From the NCBI RefSeq assembly GCF_009914755.1, contig NC_060934.1: a DNA stretch of 64,000 nucleotides; one strand, written 5' to 3'. How positions within the stretch are numbered: position 1 is the stretch's first letter; each line of letters begins with the position of its first letter. The position numbers and the translations under genes were made by a program. Under the pieces are notes generated by a model. The model did no database searches. It saw only the letters and a program-made list of their open reading frames with translations, and was not told the origin of the DNA. Of the stretch, positions 36,528 through 49,790 are shown piece by piece. This DNA is from the human T2T-CHM13v2.0 reference genome, Homo sapiens.

Positions 36528-38589
36528 TCTATAAGAATGAGTAAAATAATTTAAAAAAACAACCATACCAAGTCCTGACAAATATGTGGAGCAACTGGAA
36601 TTCTTATACAATTCTAGCGAGAATAAAAAATAGTGCAGCCACTCCAGAAAACAGTTCGGCATGGTCTTATAAAGGGAAACATACAACGGCCATTTCACCA
36701 AACAAGCCAATACTTGAGCCTTTACCCTAGAGAAATGGAAACTTATGTTCACAGAAAAACCTGTATGTGAATATTGGTAGAAACTCTACTTCACAATTGC
36801 CCAAACTGGACTCAGTCCAAATATTCTGCAGTGGCGGAATGGATAAACAAACTGCCGTAGAGCCATGCAATAGAATACTAGTCAGCGATAAAAAGGACCA
36901 GGCTACTCGAACTGCATGCAGCAACTTGTATGAATCGCAAAGGCTTATGCTGAGCAGAAGCCACTATCACAAGGTTACCTTCTGCATGATTTTATCTATA
37001 CTACCTTCTCGAAAAGCCGAGAGTATAGCGTTGGAGGGCAGATCAGCGGTTGCCATAGGGTTGTGACTATAAAGGCACAGCATGAAGGGGTTTTGGGGAG
37101 TGATAGGACTGTTCTGTACTCTGATTGTGGTGGTGGTTACATGAATCTATATATGTGAAAGTTCACAAAACTGGTGATTATTTCACAATGCATAGATATA
37201 TCAAATTATCAAGTTATAAAGCTTAAACATATAATGATTTTAATTGCCAATTATACCTTAATAAAGCTGGAAAAAATCTACAGAACTGCACACCAATTCT
37301 ACGTATGATAATTTTGAAGTAAAATGAATTAAAAAAGAAAAAACCTCTCAGGTGATCCAAGCATCACAGTTTGATGGCTGCATTCCTGAGTCCAGTACTC
37401 ACCTGTTGCTTAGCAACAAAGCTTGGGCCTTTCCACCAATCACACCTTGAGCTCCCAAATCAAAACAAAAGTTTCTCGAAGGTAAGGGCCAGGATCCTCG
37501 GGCCTCTGTGGCTCCATGGCTACTCTCAGATCCTCCCTCCTTTTCTTTTTTTTTTTTCCTTCCTTCCTCCCTTGGTTCCTTCCATTCTTTCTTTCTGTCC
37601 TTTATGGGAGCGCTCCCCAGGAAGATGCTCAACCAGGAGCTCATCTTGTCTTCCAGGCCTGGGTGCCCTCCATATGACCTGGGAAGTGGGCAGTGGCTGA
37701 CTTGGAACAGCCACCGTGGGAGATAATAAATGTCTCTGAATCTTCTTGCTCAGTCACCCCATTGGAAACATTGGGAGATCAAGGCTCAGAAGGATGCCCT
37801 GTTATTCTGGAAGTTAATGGAAGGGTCAGGACTGGAAGCCAGCCCCCTGACCTGAAACGTGGGACCATTCCCATCAGCACTCACAAGCAGGTTTGCTCCA
37901 CTCCCCTATCCCCCACCTCCAGGCTCCAGGATGCTATTTAGTGTTTCCCCCCTTGTTTAATAAGAGTCACTTTCATGCCGATAGCTCCCCTAACTTCTCT
38001 TTCCCACCAATCACTTTTATGCTCCAGACCTACAGGGCTAGAGAGTTGCACTGGGAGATTCCTCAATATCTTCAAAACCAATCCACTCCAAACTGATCTC
38101 TTCTTTCCTTGAAATCACCTGCCCCTTCCCCTGTTCCCCATTATTTCTGTCTCCTACGTCAGAAACCTGAAGCCCACCTGGCTTCCCCCCATCTCTCCCT
38201 CCACAGCCAGATCTGCTTCTGGAAACGCTCTTGAATGCATTTTCTTTTTCGTGTCCTTTCAGCCACTGCTGAGGTCTAGTCCTTACTACCTATGGGAGGT
38301 GCCCTGGACTCTGGCCTGTCCTCCACAGGACCACCAAAACGTGATCTGATGGAGCCTCACCCCGCAGGTGAACCCATCTGGATTCGTCCTTGCTTGGTGA
38401 GAAAATGGCCAATGTCTTTACTTCCATCAACGAGGCCTTTGCTGCCTGGCCCCAGCCTGTAGCTCCAGCTTCGCCATCTACCCCACACTGCCTGGCTACT
38501 CCTGATGGAGCCCTGCTCATGCAGCTCCTTTCCATTGGGATGCTCTCCTCATCCCTCACCCGCCTGCTTTTGCCTGGCTAATCCCCAGG

Positions 38590-39036
38590 TAGTGCGCAGA
38601 ATGCTGGGCTCCATACCTAATCTCTAGAACCTATGAATGGGGGAGAAAAAGCCTTTGGAGGTGTAATTAAAATAAGATCTTCAGATAAAGACATCGATCT
38701 GGATTATCCAGGTGGGCCCTAAATCCAATAACAAGTATCCTTGTAAGATGAGGCAGAGGGAGATTTGACAGAGATGGGGAGGAGGCAACATGACTTCAGA
38801 GGCAAGGGCTGGAGTGACGTGGCCACAAGTCAAGGACTACCAGCCACCACTGGAAGACTGGAGGAAGCTGGAAGAGTCAAGGAAGAATTCTGCCCCTGAG
38901 CCTCCAAAGAAGCACTGCCTTGCTGACACCTCGATTTCAGACCTCTGGCCTCCAAAACCACGAGATAATAAATAGCCATTGTTTGAAGCCACTGAGTTTG
39001 TGAACTAGTTATAGCAGCTACAGAAAACTACCATAC
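38590..39036 (+). mobile_element. MLT1C/D-like MaLR LTR
   Basis: ggattatccaggtgggccctaaatcc...gaggcagagggagatttg...ctgacacctcgatttcagacctctggcctcc...agcagctacagaaaactaccatac. Confidence 0.8.
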
Positions 39037-39682
39037 TCAGGGTTGACCTTCTCTGTGACATGCTCCCAGGCCTCTTGGGGAGAGTCGCTCCTTCCCCTGT
39101 GGTTTCACTTGTCCCACTGGAAGGGGTGTCAGGAAGGGCTGAAGGCTGTGGCTTCTAAACCAGGCTGTCACCAACAGGGAGAGGTGGAGCAAATGTTCTC
39201 TGTGTGTGTGTTGTGGGGGGAGCAGTTTGCCCTTCCTGAACAAGCCAGGGGTTTGCATATCCTGCTGGATATGTCTTCCCACTGGCCATGAGGGCACCAA
39301 GAGAGATGTATAGGAATGTATGTAGCAGCAAGCAACAAACCATCCAATAGCTCCTAATAACAACCATTAGAAACAACCGTTGTGCATTTTGAGGATGGGT
39401 AAATAATGGTGGTATAGCCACACACTGGAATACCATATGGAAGTGAAAAATGGAGTCGTAACTGCATACAAGATGGAAAAAATCTACAAAATACAATGTG
39501 GGCAGGAAAGGTACTGTAGAAGAATACCTGCAGTGATCTTGTTGATATAAAGAATCTGCGTGGGTGAGTGCAACATGATGGTTTAGGGGTTTGGAAAGAA
39601 AGGCAAGGGAATGACAGGCCAAATTGGAAACCGTGGCCACCTCTGCAGGGCAGCTGGGCAGAAGCAGAAAGGGACTGTCTAA

Positions 39683-39850
39683 GCAGTGCTTCTCAAACAT
39701 TAATGGGCACACATCACACAGGGGTCTGGTTAACATGCGATTTGATTCTCATTCGGTGGGTTTCAGGTAGGGCCTGAGAGTCTGTGTCTTCTACAGGCTT
39801 CCAGGTGAGGTTGACCCTGTGGATCCAGACCACATTTTGGGTAGTGAGGA
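39683..39850. mobile_element. MER5-family relic
   Basis: cagtgcttctcaaac...gggcctgagagtctg...ccaggtga...accacattttgggtag. Confidence 0.7.
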
Positions 39851-40254
39851 TGAGCCAAGAGGCGGCGATGGCCCAGCCTGGGGATGCTTGACCCTCACCA
39901 CACATCGGACTCACTCCAGGAGCTTCTCAAAAGCACTGACGCCAGGTCCCCTGGAGACCAGCAATATGAGCAGCCCTGGGCGCGGAGCCCAGGCGTGGCT
40001 TTGTGAACAGCTCCCAGGGGCTGCACGGTGAAGCAGGTAGAGGCCCCTACTCCAGTCTGGACTGGGGGATATACAGGTGTTCATTTTCTCTTCATCTTTT
40101 AGGCTTTTCATGTATGCTATCTGTGTTCCTTTGTATGTATAAGGCACACACAAAATATAAAATGTTTTTTAAAAGAGTGCAAATTAAAAAAAATAATAAT
40201 CCAGATCTATGGGGTCAGGGAGGAAAAAGAACAAGCAACTAAAAAGGATTCTTA

Positions 40255-40552
40255 GGCCAGGCGCAGTGGCTCATTCCTATAATCCCAACACTTCGGGAGG
40301 CTGAGGCGGGCGGATCACTTGAGCCCAGGAGTTCAAGACCAGCCTGGGCAACATGCCGAAACCTCATCTCTACAAAAAAATTAAAAATTAGCCGGGTGTG
40401 GTGGCATGCACCTGCAATCCCAGCTACTTGGGAGGCTGAAGCAGGAGGATCACCTAAGTCTGGGGAGTTTGAGGCTGCTGTGAGCTGTGATGGCGCCACT
40501 GCACTCCAGCCTGGGCAACAGAGCGAGATCCCATCTCAAATAATAAAAAATT
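40255..40552 (+). mobile_element. AluJb-like SINE
   Basis: Full dimer; gatcacttgagcccaggagttc; degenerate TSD aaaaggattctta / aacaagactctta. Confidence 0.92.
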
Positions 40553-42739
40553 AACAAGACTCTTAAAAACCACTTTAGTCCACAGCAAAGAATCCTGTCG
40601 ACCGTTAGGCCTATTGGTGGGCACAGCCGGCAGCCGTCGTGTTGTTGGCCAGTCAGCTCCCTATCTGTGATAGTCAGGGTCAGCCAGGCAACAGCACGGT
40701 AAGTTAAGCTGTGGGTCAGTCCAGCAGCCAGCAAGTCAGTTTGAGTCCCTGAGCAGTTAGTGCTTCCTATTCCCAGTCAGCTAGGGCATCCGCTTGTTAG
40801 GACGGTGGTTGTTCCTCTGTCCGTCAACGTGTAGTCATTGTTGTCAGGTATCGGGGAGTTACCACTACCCAACCCCACTGCCAACTGTGGTTGCAAGGGT
40901 TGGTGGGAAAGGCCCATGGGTCCATGGAGGGCTCAGTCATTGGCAAGTCAGCCGGTCAGCCAGTCAGTAGGTCAGTCAGAATGGCAATTGGTGAGAGAGT
41001 CAGTCAGCAATGAAGCAGCCAGCCAGCAGCCTGCCAGACAGACTTTCTCTACTTCAGCCAGCCTGTTGGTGAGACAGTCTTTAGTCAGGAAACCCCTGAG
41101 TCTGTCAGTCAGACCCTAGTCAGACAGATAACTTGTCAGGCCTGAGTCGTGTGAGACAGCCAGGTCTCACACGTGGGTCAAGCAGCCCCAGGCTGACAGT
41201 TAGCTCCATCAGTCAGTCAATGAATGGGCCAGTCACCACGCCAGCGCCTCAGCCAGTTGGGGAGACAGCCTTAGTTGATGCCCAGGGCTTCACTCAGACA
41301 TGCTCTGCCCACAGTCCCTGCACGGTCTGTCTGGCTGTCTGTCTGTATGTCTGTCATGCAGGTAGCTGTGAGTCAGGCCGCACCCCAGCCACCCAGCCAG
41401 GCAGCTGCAGGGCCAGCTCACCCTCTCCATGCTGAGCCAGTTCATTAAGAACCCTGCAGACTGGGGAGAACTCCAAGGCCCTGTTCAACAGCAGTGAGGC
41501 TCTGTTACTATTATTAGCGAAGAGCGCTCCGGAGGCTCCGGAAAGTGGAAAAGGCCATCAATAGCCCTGTCCTGCTTCCCCCTCCACACCTCTCTCTCCA
41601 TTAATGAGGTTCCTGCCACAGAGAAGGGGCGCTTCCCGGAGGCCGGAATTGGAGGAGGGGGCAGGGGGTGGGGGAGTGGTTCCAGTCAGCCCTGCTGCCA
41701 TCCCCATGGGGGGGTGGGTGGGAGTGGGGACTGAACAGGAGCCGCTTCTCCCTGGCCTGGCCCTGCCTGCCTTCAGGGTCTGTGTCCCCCTCTGAGCTGC
41801 CGTCTCTGAACAAGCCAGGCGGTGGGCGTGCAGCTAAGGTCCACACAGGGCACAGGGATTTGATGTCAGCTCTTGTGTTTATCTGCTGTGACTCAAAAAG
41901 AAAGGAGAAAACACAGTTGCAGAGTCTACTTTTCGGTTCATGGAAGTTCCCGTCTGCGATTGTATTTCAGATCACAGCCTCCTGAAAGGTAGCAGCATCC
42001 CCCTGTATGCACTGAGGTTCGGAATGAGAAGCGTTTGCCCCAGGTGGATTCCATCCAGGTGCGCGTGACCCCAGCGTGCACAGCTTCTCCTTACTGGGCT
42101 GCCTCTCCGGTGCTGGCAGAGGGCTTTCCGTTCCTAGCTTCAATCTCCCCTTCTTTTCCATGGGGCTGGAGAGGAGATTTCTGAGGTCTCTCATGCTCTA
42201 ATGTTCTCTGCTGGACGTATGTTCTCTTATGAACTTGCTGTTGGAACATGCTATGCCTGGGACCAGACCAGAAGCAGAGGTAGGGGCTGGAGAGCAGCGT
42301 TCCTCGGCCTTGGGTCTGGGGTAATGGGCCCACTCTTTTATAAGCTTCTAGACTTATGGAGCCAAAGGGAGCTTAACGCTTACTTGGTCTGCATCCGGTC
42401 TCATCAGAAGCAAAATCTTTCCTGCAACCATGTAGTCAGCACCTATCTGTGCTTATACATTCCCAGTGACAGGGAGCTCACTACCTCTAGGAGCCTTTTC
42501 TATTGTGGGGCAGCCTCGGCCCTCGTAAAGTCACTCCACATCCTAGGCCCATACCTTTAGGTCTCAGTTCTGCATTTTGGTGCCACCCAGATTAAGCCTC
42601 ATGCTTCTTAAGAGGGCTGGCCTGCTATTCAGACTTGGGGAAAGACAACAGGATTTCCTGTTCGTCAGTTGTTTCAGTTGCGTGCAAGGGAAAAAATGCT
42701 GGAGAAGAGTGGAAACAAAGAGCAAGGCTCTTGGGTCAG

Positions 42740-43193
42740 TGTGGTAGACTGCTGGCACTAGTGGCCTCAGTTTAGCACTTGCTGTATCCATGGGTTTAAG
42801 TGGCACCCTCCAACATTGACTTACTTCGGGCAGTGGGATAGCAGCAAACTTGATGTAAGCAGAGGCTTGTAAAGATGCCTAGTTTTTTCCACATTCTTTC
42901 CTGGACCCCGGCCACCTCCTGAGAACAAGCCCTGGACAGCCTGCTCGAGGGATGCGAGAGACACATGGAGAAGAGCTCATGTGTCCCAGCCAAAGTCATC
43001 CTACAGCAGCCAGCACCAGCTCATCCTCCAGCTCACCACAGACACCTGAGTGAGCCCAATCCATATCAACTGAGGCTGGTTCAGATTAGCCAAACTGCCC
43101 AGCTGACCCAGAGACTCATGAGAAATGACAGTTGTTATTTTCAGCGACTAAATTTGGGGGCAGTTCGTTACACAGCAATAGCTCACTAAGAAA
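42740..43193 (+). mobile_element. MLT1G/H-like old MaLR LTR
   Basis: gcagaggcttg...gagagacacatggag...tgagtgagccca...gcccagctgacccagagactcatgagaaat...ttacacagcaatagctcactaa; start approximate. Confidence 0.7.
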
Positions 43194-44565
43194 GACACTC
43201 AAAACTCTCCAAGGTTCAGCCTTGCTTCTCCCTTTCCTAGCAGTGTGACTTCAGATAAACCATAGAATCTCTGGAAGTCTCCGTGTTCTCATCTGTTAAG
43301 TGGGGCTACTAAATCCTGCTCTTCCTCCTTCAAAGGAGGCAGTCACAAGTAATACATAGGGAAGTACATTGCTAACTAGAAGGAGCATAAAAAGGGGCTG
43401 GGCTCAGGAGGGTCTGGGGATTGGCCCGAGGGTGAGTGTCCCTGCAGCTGCATGTCAGGGCTCTGCTAAGCAGAGGGCAGTGCAGTATATTAACCCAGCT
43501 CACCTCCCTGTCCAGAAGCAAGCATGGCAGGCTGAGTGATGGGGCCAACTGCAGGCTTATTTACAAACATAGCCCTTTTGCCTTCTCTTCCTCTGTAAGC
43601 CCTACTGGAAGCATATAAATGAGAATCAATAGGCCAGTTATTAAACCGTAAATATCCCTCCCCTCAGGCTCTTGGGCCAAGAGCTCTGAGCCTCTCAGCT
43701 GAGAGGGGTGCCGAGGGTGCCTCACATGCAGTCTGCCTTACACCCCAGCCCAGCCCACCACCCCAGAGCAGAGGAGAGACTGCCACTACCTTTCCGGGTA
43801 GAGAGGAGACCTGATCCATGCAGAACCAAATTAAAGGAGTCCTCAAACCACCATGCAACATCTATTATTTAGGAAAGGAGGAGAGCCACGTGAGTATGGC
43901 ACAAACCCTTTACCTACCTAGGCTGAAACTCAGAATGCTTGAGTGAGAAAGGGGCTGAGAAATCCATTCAAGCACCTACATATTCTGTGGATGCAGAGAC
44001 AACTCAGGGGCCCAAAGGGGGGCAACTCATCCAAGAAGATATGCCCAGAAAGCGACAGAATCCAGACTCAAACCCAGATGTATGGCCTATGAACTGTGCC
44101 ATCATCTAAGACAGAAGAGGAATTATGGTGCACAGGTAGGGAAGGGACATAGAGGGTGAGGCAGTTAATAGGGTCCAGGGAGACAGGACTGGGATATAGC
44201 AATGAACCCAGGGAAAGAAAGCTGCTTAAAGGAGCTGGGAGGAGATGAAGGGAAGGAAAGACAGTGTTACATGAGCAGGGGCTGGTGAACTGGGAAGTTT
44301 GGTAGTTTGGTACAAGAGAGAAGAATATAAAGACACACACACACACGCACGCACACACAGCAGACAGGGGGAAGTGGTAGGCTTCCTGCATTCCTTAACT
44401 GTGGACATCATGGAAGCTGCATTTAAACTGGGCCATGGAGGATGAGTAATTTGAGCTGGGCCATGGACAGTGAGTAGGATCTATGCTCACTTAACCTTCT
44501 CTATACATGGAGCAGAAAGGAATGAAGGGCAATCCAGGAGGAAGGGCCAGAATAAGCAAAGGCAT

Positions 44566-44877
44566 CAATGGTGGTAGCGATGATAACAATGATGATGATG
44601 GTGATGGCAATGATGGTGGTGGTGATGAAGATGATAATAATGATGATGGTGGTGGTGATAATGATGGTAATGGTGATAAAGATGATAATGATGGTGATGA
44701 TAGTGATGGTGGTGGTGGTGGTGATGAGAGTGGGGATGATGGTGCTGATGAAGATGATAATAATGATGAAGATGGTGATGATGAAGATGATAATGATGGT
44801 GATGATGATGGTGATGATGATTATGGTGATGATAATGATGGTGATGATAATAATGGTGATGATGATGATGATGGTAG
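44566..44877. repeat. ~310-bp mixed (GAT/GGT/AAT)n trinucleotide repeat
   Basis: Directly visible, phase maintained throughout. Confidence 0.97.
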
Positions 44878-44884
44878 CTATCAC

Positions 44885-44957
44885 TTTTCTTTTTTTGAGA
44901 CAGAGTCTCGCTCTGTCACCCAGGCTGGTGTGCAATGGCACGATCTCGGCTCACTGC
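44885..44957 (-). mobile_element. Severely truncated Alu (3' ~70 bp only)
   Basis: T tail + gagacagagtctcgctctgtcacccaggctgg...gctcactgc, then abrupt end; no TSD. Confidence 0.9.
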
Positions 44958-46388
44958 CGACCCAGGGACTGGACAGCCGGGTTCAAGCCAGGTTCTGCTT
45001 TCTACTAGCTGCGTGACTGCAAGCAACCTCTCTGGGCCTCAGTTTTCTTGTTGATGAAAGAGAGATGATTTTAATGATAAAGCTCCTTGCCCACGAGGTG
45101 CTGAGAGGCGTGGAGGGGGTGATCCTCAACAATTGCTCAGAAGAGTGGCTGACACAGAGCAAGCGCTCAGGGCGAGCTAGTATTTTTCTCTGCATCTTGC
45201 CCGTGACCTTTCTGCATGGGGATGCTTGCCAAAGGTGGGCTGCAGTGAATAGGAGTGACCACTAGGATGTTTTTCCTGCCCCAGATCTGAGCCCTCCTTT
45301 TGTATTTGGAGGCTATTCCGTGTCTATCTGCTGCTATAGAAAATTCCGGCTCCTCGGTTTCCCAGCCTCCCTTACAGCACAGGTGCAGACCCGTTCCCTG
45401 AGGTCTGCCTGTCGAGCGGGCCAGGATGCACACCAGCGGGACCCTGGAAAAGCCTTTCTGGTGGTAGGCAGCAGAGCAGCTCCCTGAGCCTCCAGGGCAG
45501 CATGGCAGTGGGCAGCACGTGCGGCTCCCATGGCCCTGGAGGCAGAGCAAGGGGTGGCTTCCCCTGGAGGCTGGCAATGTCCTTAGACTGGTTTAGTGGC
45601 ATGGCTGTTTGGTCTTCGGTCTGGCCGCAGTGCTTTCCAGTCCTTCCCAGTGATTCTGTGAGTCCCTGGATTACGTTCAGTACATCCTATTTCTGTTCAA
45701 TCGGTGTTGATTTCTTCTGGCTTCATCTAGGACTCTACAACATTCAGAGGAGGGTGGAGTCTCTATCATACCCATTGCCGGACTCAGACACTGGTGAGAT
45801 CCTGGACCAGGCCCCTCAGGCTCAGCTGCGGCTGAGGGGAGCCAGAGCCAGGACACGCACTGCTGATGGTGTGAGCACCACATCTGTGGCCACCCTGCAC
45901 TTCCATCAGAGGAACCCAGTGGAGGCCACTCCAGAGCACCGGCCATGGCCCCCAGAAGGGTCAGGCACAAACTCCAACATCAGGGGGTCACTTATGATTA
46001 AAAATGCCCTGAATCCAGGAAGGGGCTGTAGCTCACGACCACCTGCAGACAGAAAGACCTTGGGAAAGGCAGCTGGCCTAGGAGTAGAATTCCTGCCTAA
46101 CTCCAGCCTGAGCAAGGGCTGTGTTATCACAGAACAGTGATGAGAGCCTCTGGTGTTTACACTCAGCTGTACCTTTTCCCCTGTTTTCTCATTTCTGCCC
46201 ATCCTACAGAGGGGAAGTGGGAGCTCAGAGGCTCCCACTGGCTTTCCCAAGGTCCCATAGCAATGACAAGTAGAGACCAGTCCCAACCCAGGTGTTTAAT
46301 GTCAAGGCTGAAAGGAATGTTGGAGGACACTGAGGCCCAGGACAGGGATGGCCAAGGGAGCCTATCACAGGGACTCAGATTTCGAACT

Positions 46389-46860
46389 TTGCGGCACTAT
46401 TCACAATAGCAAAGACTTGGAACCAACCCAAATGTCCAACAATGATAGACTGGATTAAGAAAATGTGGCACATATACACCATGGAATACTATGCAGCCAT
46501 AAAAAATGATGAGTTCATGTCCTTTGTAGGGACATGGATGAAATTGGAAATCATCATTCTCAGTAAACTATCGCAAGAACAAAAAACCAAACACCGCATA
46601 TTCTCACTCATAGGTGGGAATTAAACAATGAGAACACATGGACACAGGAAGGGGAATATCACACTCTGGGGACTGTTGTGGGGTGGGGGGAGGGGAGAGG
46701 GATAGCTTTAGGAGATATACCTAATGCTAAATGACAAGTTAATGGGTGCAGCACACCAGCATGGCACATGTATACATATGTAACTAACCTGCACATTGTG
46801 CACATGTACCCTAAAACTTAAAGTATAATAATAATAAAATTTAAAAAAAAATGAAAAAAA
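46389..46860 (+). mobile_element. Young 5'-truncated L1PA (L1PA2/3-like): ORF2 C-terminus, 3' UTR, poly(A)
   Basis: ORF 46442-46624 IDWIKKMWHIYTMEYYAAIKNDEFMSFVGTWMKLEIIILSKLSQEQKTKHRIFSLIGGN; G-rich UTR; lacks the L1HS-Ta ACA diagnostic (gacaagttaatg). Confidence 0.97.
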
Positions 46861-47372
46861 GACCCCCCAAAATACTCTCTTATGACTTTGGAATGGGACA
46901 CCCTGCCATGAGAGAGAGTGAGCTCCCTGTTAGTAGAGGTATGTAAGGAAAGGTGGAAGAGGTGGGAATCACTGGGTGCAGATGCACTGAGGGGCAAGGA
47001 TTTCTACTGACTATAGGGGCTGCCGTCTCCTGGGGGCCAGTGGGTCTCTATAAATGGAGCTGAAAGCTTCCTGAAAAATGCCTGTCTTGTGATCTCTGTT
47101 GTCCCTCTGCTTTGAGCGTTTGGCCAAGAGGACAGAGATCCACATAAAGTGGCCTGATTTTAAATGGGGTGCCTTGAGCTGCCTCGAGAGGTAGAGAAAA
47201 GCCCCAGAGTCATAAAGAATCCTGCCCCCAACACAGTCCTGCGCCTCTACACACGTGTGCACTCTAGCTTACCAATGGAGAAACTGAGGTGCAGAGAGGG
47301 GGAGCAAGGGGCCCCAAGGCAGCTGGAAGTGGAATGGGATGAGAACCCAAGTCTTTGACACTTAGTCTAGGG

Positions 47373-47546
47373 CAGTGGTTCTCGGAGTGGGGTCCCCCAC
47401 CAGCAGCCTCAGCAAGCCCTGGAAACTTGTTGGAAACATAACTTCTCAGGCCCCACTGACTCTGAAACTCTGGGGACAGGGCCCATAGTCTGGGTTCCAC
47501 CGAGTCCTCTGGGGGATTCTGATGTGCACTGAAGCTGAGAACCATC
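47373..47546. mobile_element. MER5A
   Basis: cagtggttctc...cagcagcctcagc...ctggaaacttgttggaaa...tgagaacca terminal inverted repeats. Confidence 0.8.
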
Positions 47547-48339
47547 AACCAGAGTGCTTTTGTGTTTCAGCATTCACTGACTGGAGGCCCATGAATGAGG
47601 CCCCTCCTGAGATGTGCCTGGCAATATCCTGCTTTCTAAGCCATAAGAGGAAACATGACCCCTCCTGGCTTATAGGCTACATGTGTTTTATCTCAATGAG
47701 GTTGACATCCCCAAGCTCAGATATGTGGAATGACCCGGCAAGGTCACACGGCAGTGTGGTAGTTTCTCTGGAATTAGAACTCACATCTTCCAAGTTTTCA
47801 GCCGGCATTCAAGTGCATCTTTTGGACCTGATCCCCCTTACCCCAGCCCACCTGACATCATAGGGCCCTCACCCCTCCCTGAACCATGCAGAAAACCCTG
47901 GGCCACAGCACTCCCTGCCCTAGCCAGCAACAGGCTTTTCTCCAAGAGCCCTGGCTGCTCCAGGTAGTGGGGGCTGGATTGGTTTATTTATTGCTATCAT
48001 TAATTAGTTTTGTTGGGGATGAAAGACAGGTCCCTGGAGAAGCCCAGTGCATTAAAGCCCATTATTCCATCATTGCTCTGGACTTGCCGGCAAGAAGCGT
48101 AGCCCCTCTTTGCTGTCAGCCCTGCACAATTAATTAGCCCGCAGCCCGAAAGGCAGCTCTCACACACCCCTGGGTGGAGAGGGCTCTGTTCCAGCATCTA
48201 GTGTCCTCCAGAGCTTTTCTGTCTCAATTCTAACTGGGGGAGGTGTTGGGAAGACCCTCCTGAGGAGGGGCACTGCAATTGCTGGGTGTAGAAGGGAGGA
48301 GGGTATTCCTGGCCAGGTGGAACCCTTATCCTAATGATA

Positions 48340-48545
48340 CTATTATTGAGTGCATTCTATGATGTGTCAGACACTGGGCTAAATGCTTACAGCACATATT
48401 TAATTCTCACAAACGTCCCATGGGGCGCGTTTTTATTTGCCAGATGAAGAAATTGAGGCTCTGCTAGGGGGAGTGGCTTGTCCAAGAACCACAGCACAAA
48501 ATGGTAGAGTAGAATTTCAACCTGGATCTGTCTGACTCCCAAGTC
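48340..48545 (-). mobile_element. MIR
   Basis: tattgagtgc...tgtcagacactgggctaaatgc...ttaattctcac...cagatgaagaaattgaggctc. Confidence 0.7.
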
Positions 48546-48834
48546 TGGGTTGAGTTTTAATAAAGGGGCTGTTTAGTGTGGCTCAGGAAGCTGGGGGCCT
48601 GGCCCCACGAGAAAGGAAGGACGGTAAGTTGGGCAGGAGGCCTGGAGTAAAGCAGAGAGGATGGGTATGTGATGAGGTCAAAGGGGCCTTTGCTGAACAT
48701 GGAATCAGAAGCCATGAGTTTGAGGCCACTTATGAACTAAGTGACTTTGGGCAAGACCTCAGTTTCCCTTTCAGTGGGAAGATTGGGTCCAATAATGTGG
48801 GTTCTTCTCAAGAGAGGCTGTATAGCCTAGTGGT

Positions 48835-49002
48835 CCTGGAAAGGTGACCTCTAGGGAGTTAATCTTTCTGAGCCTCAGTTTCCTCATCTGAAAAACGGGG
48901 ATAGTAATAATACCCTATGGGGTTCATGTGAGGATTAAATGAAATTATACATGAAAGGGGTGAGCACAGTGTCTGACACTTAGGGAAGGCTTGATAAATG
49001 TT
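48835..49002 (+). mobile_element. MIR
   Basis: ctgagcctcagtttcctcatctgaaaaacggggatagtaata...gtgaggattaaatga. Confidence 0.75.
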
Positions 49003-49082
49003 GGTGATGAGGAGGAGGAGGATTTGAAAGGAGTTAGTTTCAGGACAGCTTTGCCGTGAGTCTTGATCAAGTTACTCCATTA

Positions 49083-49790
<708 letters not shown>

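Noticed and set aside
44501-45016. Asp/Gly-rich 169-aa ORF resembling acidic biomineralisation proteins, plus Met- and Ile-rich frames
   Set aside because: Trinucleotide repeat running into an Alu; no signal peptide or gene structure
46442-46624. ORF with a clear protein match
   Set aside because: L1 ORF2 C-terminus in a 5'-truncated copy, not a gene
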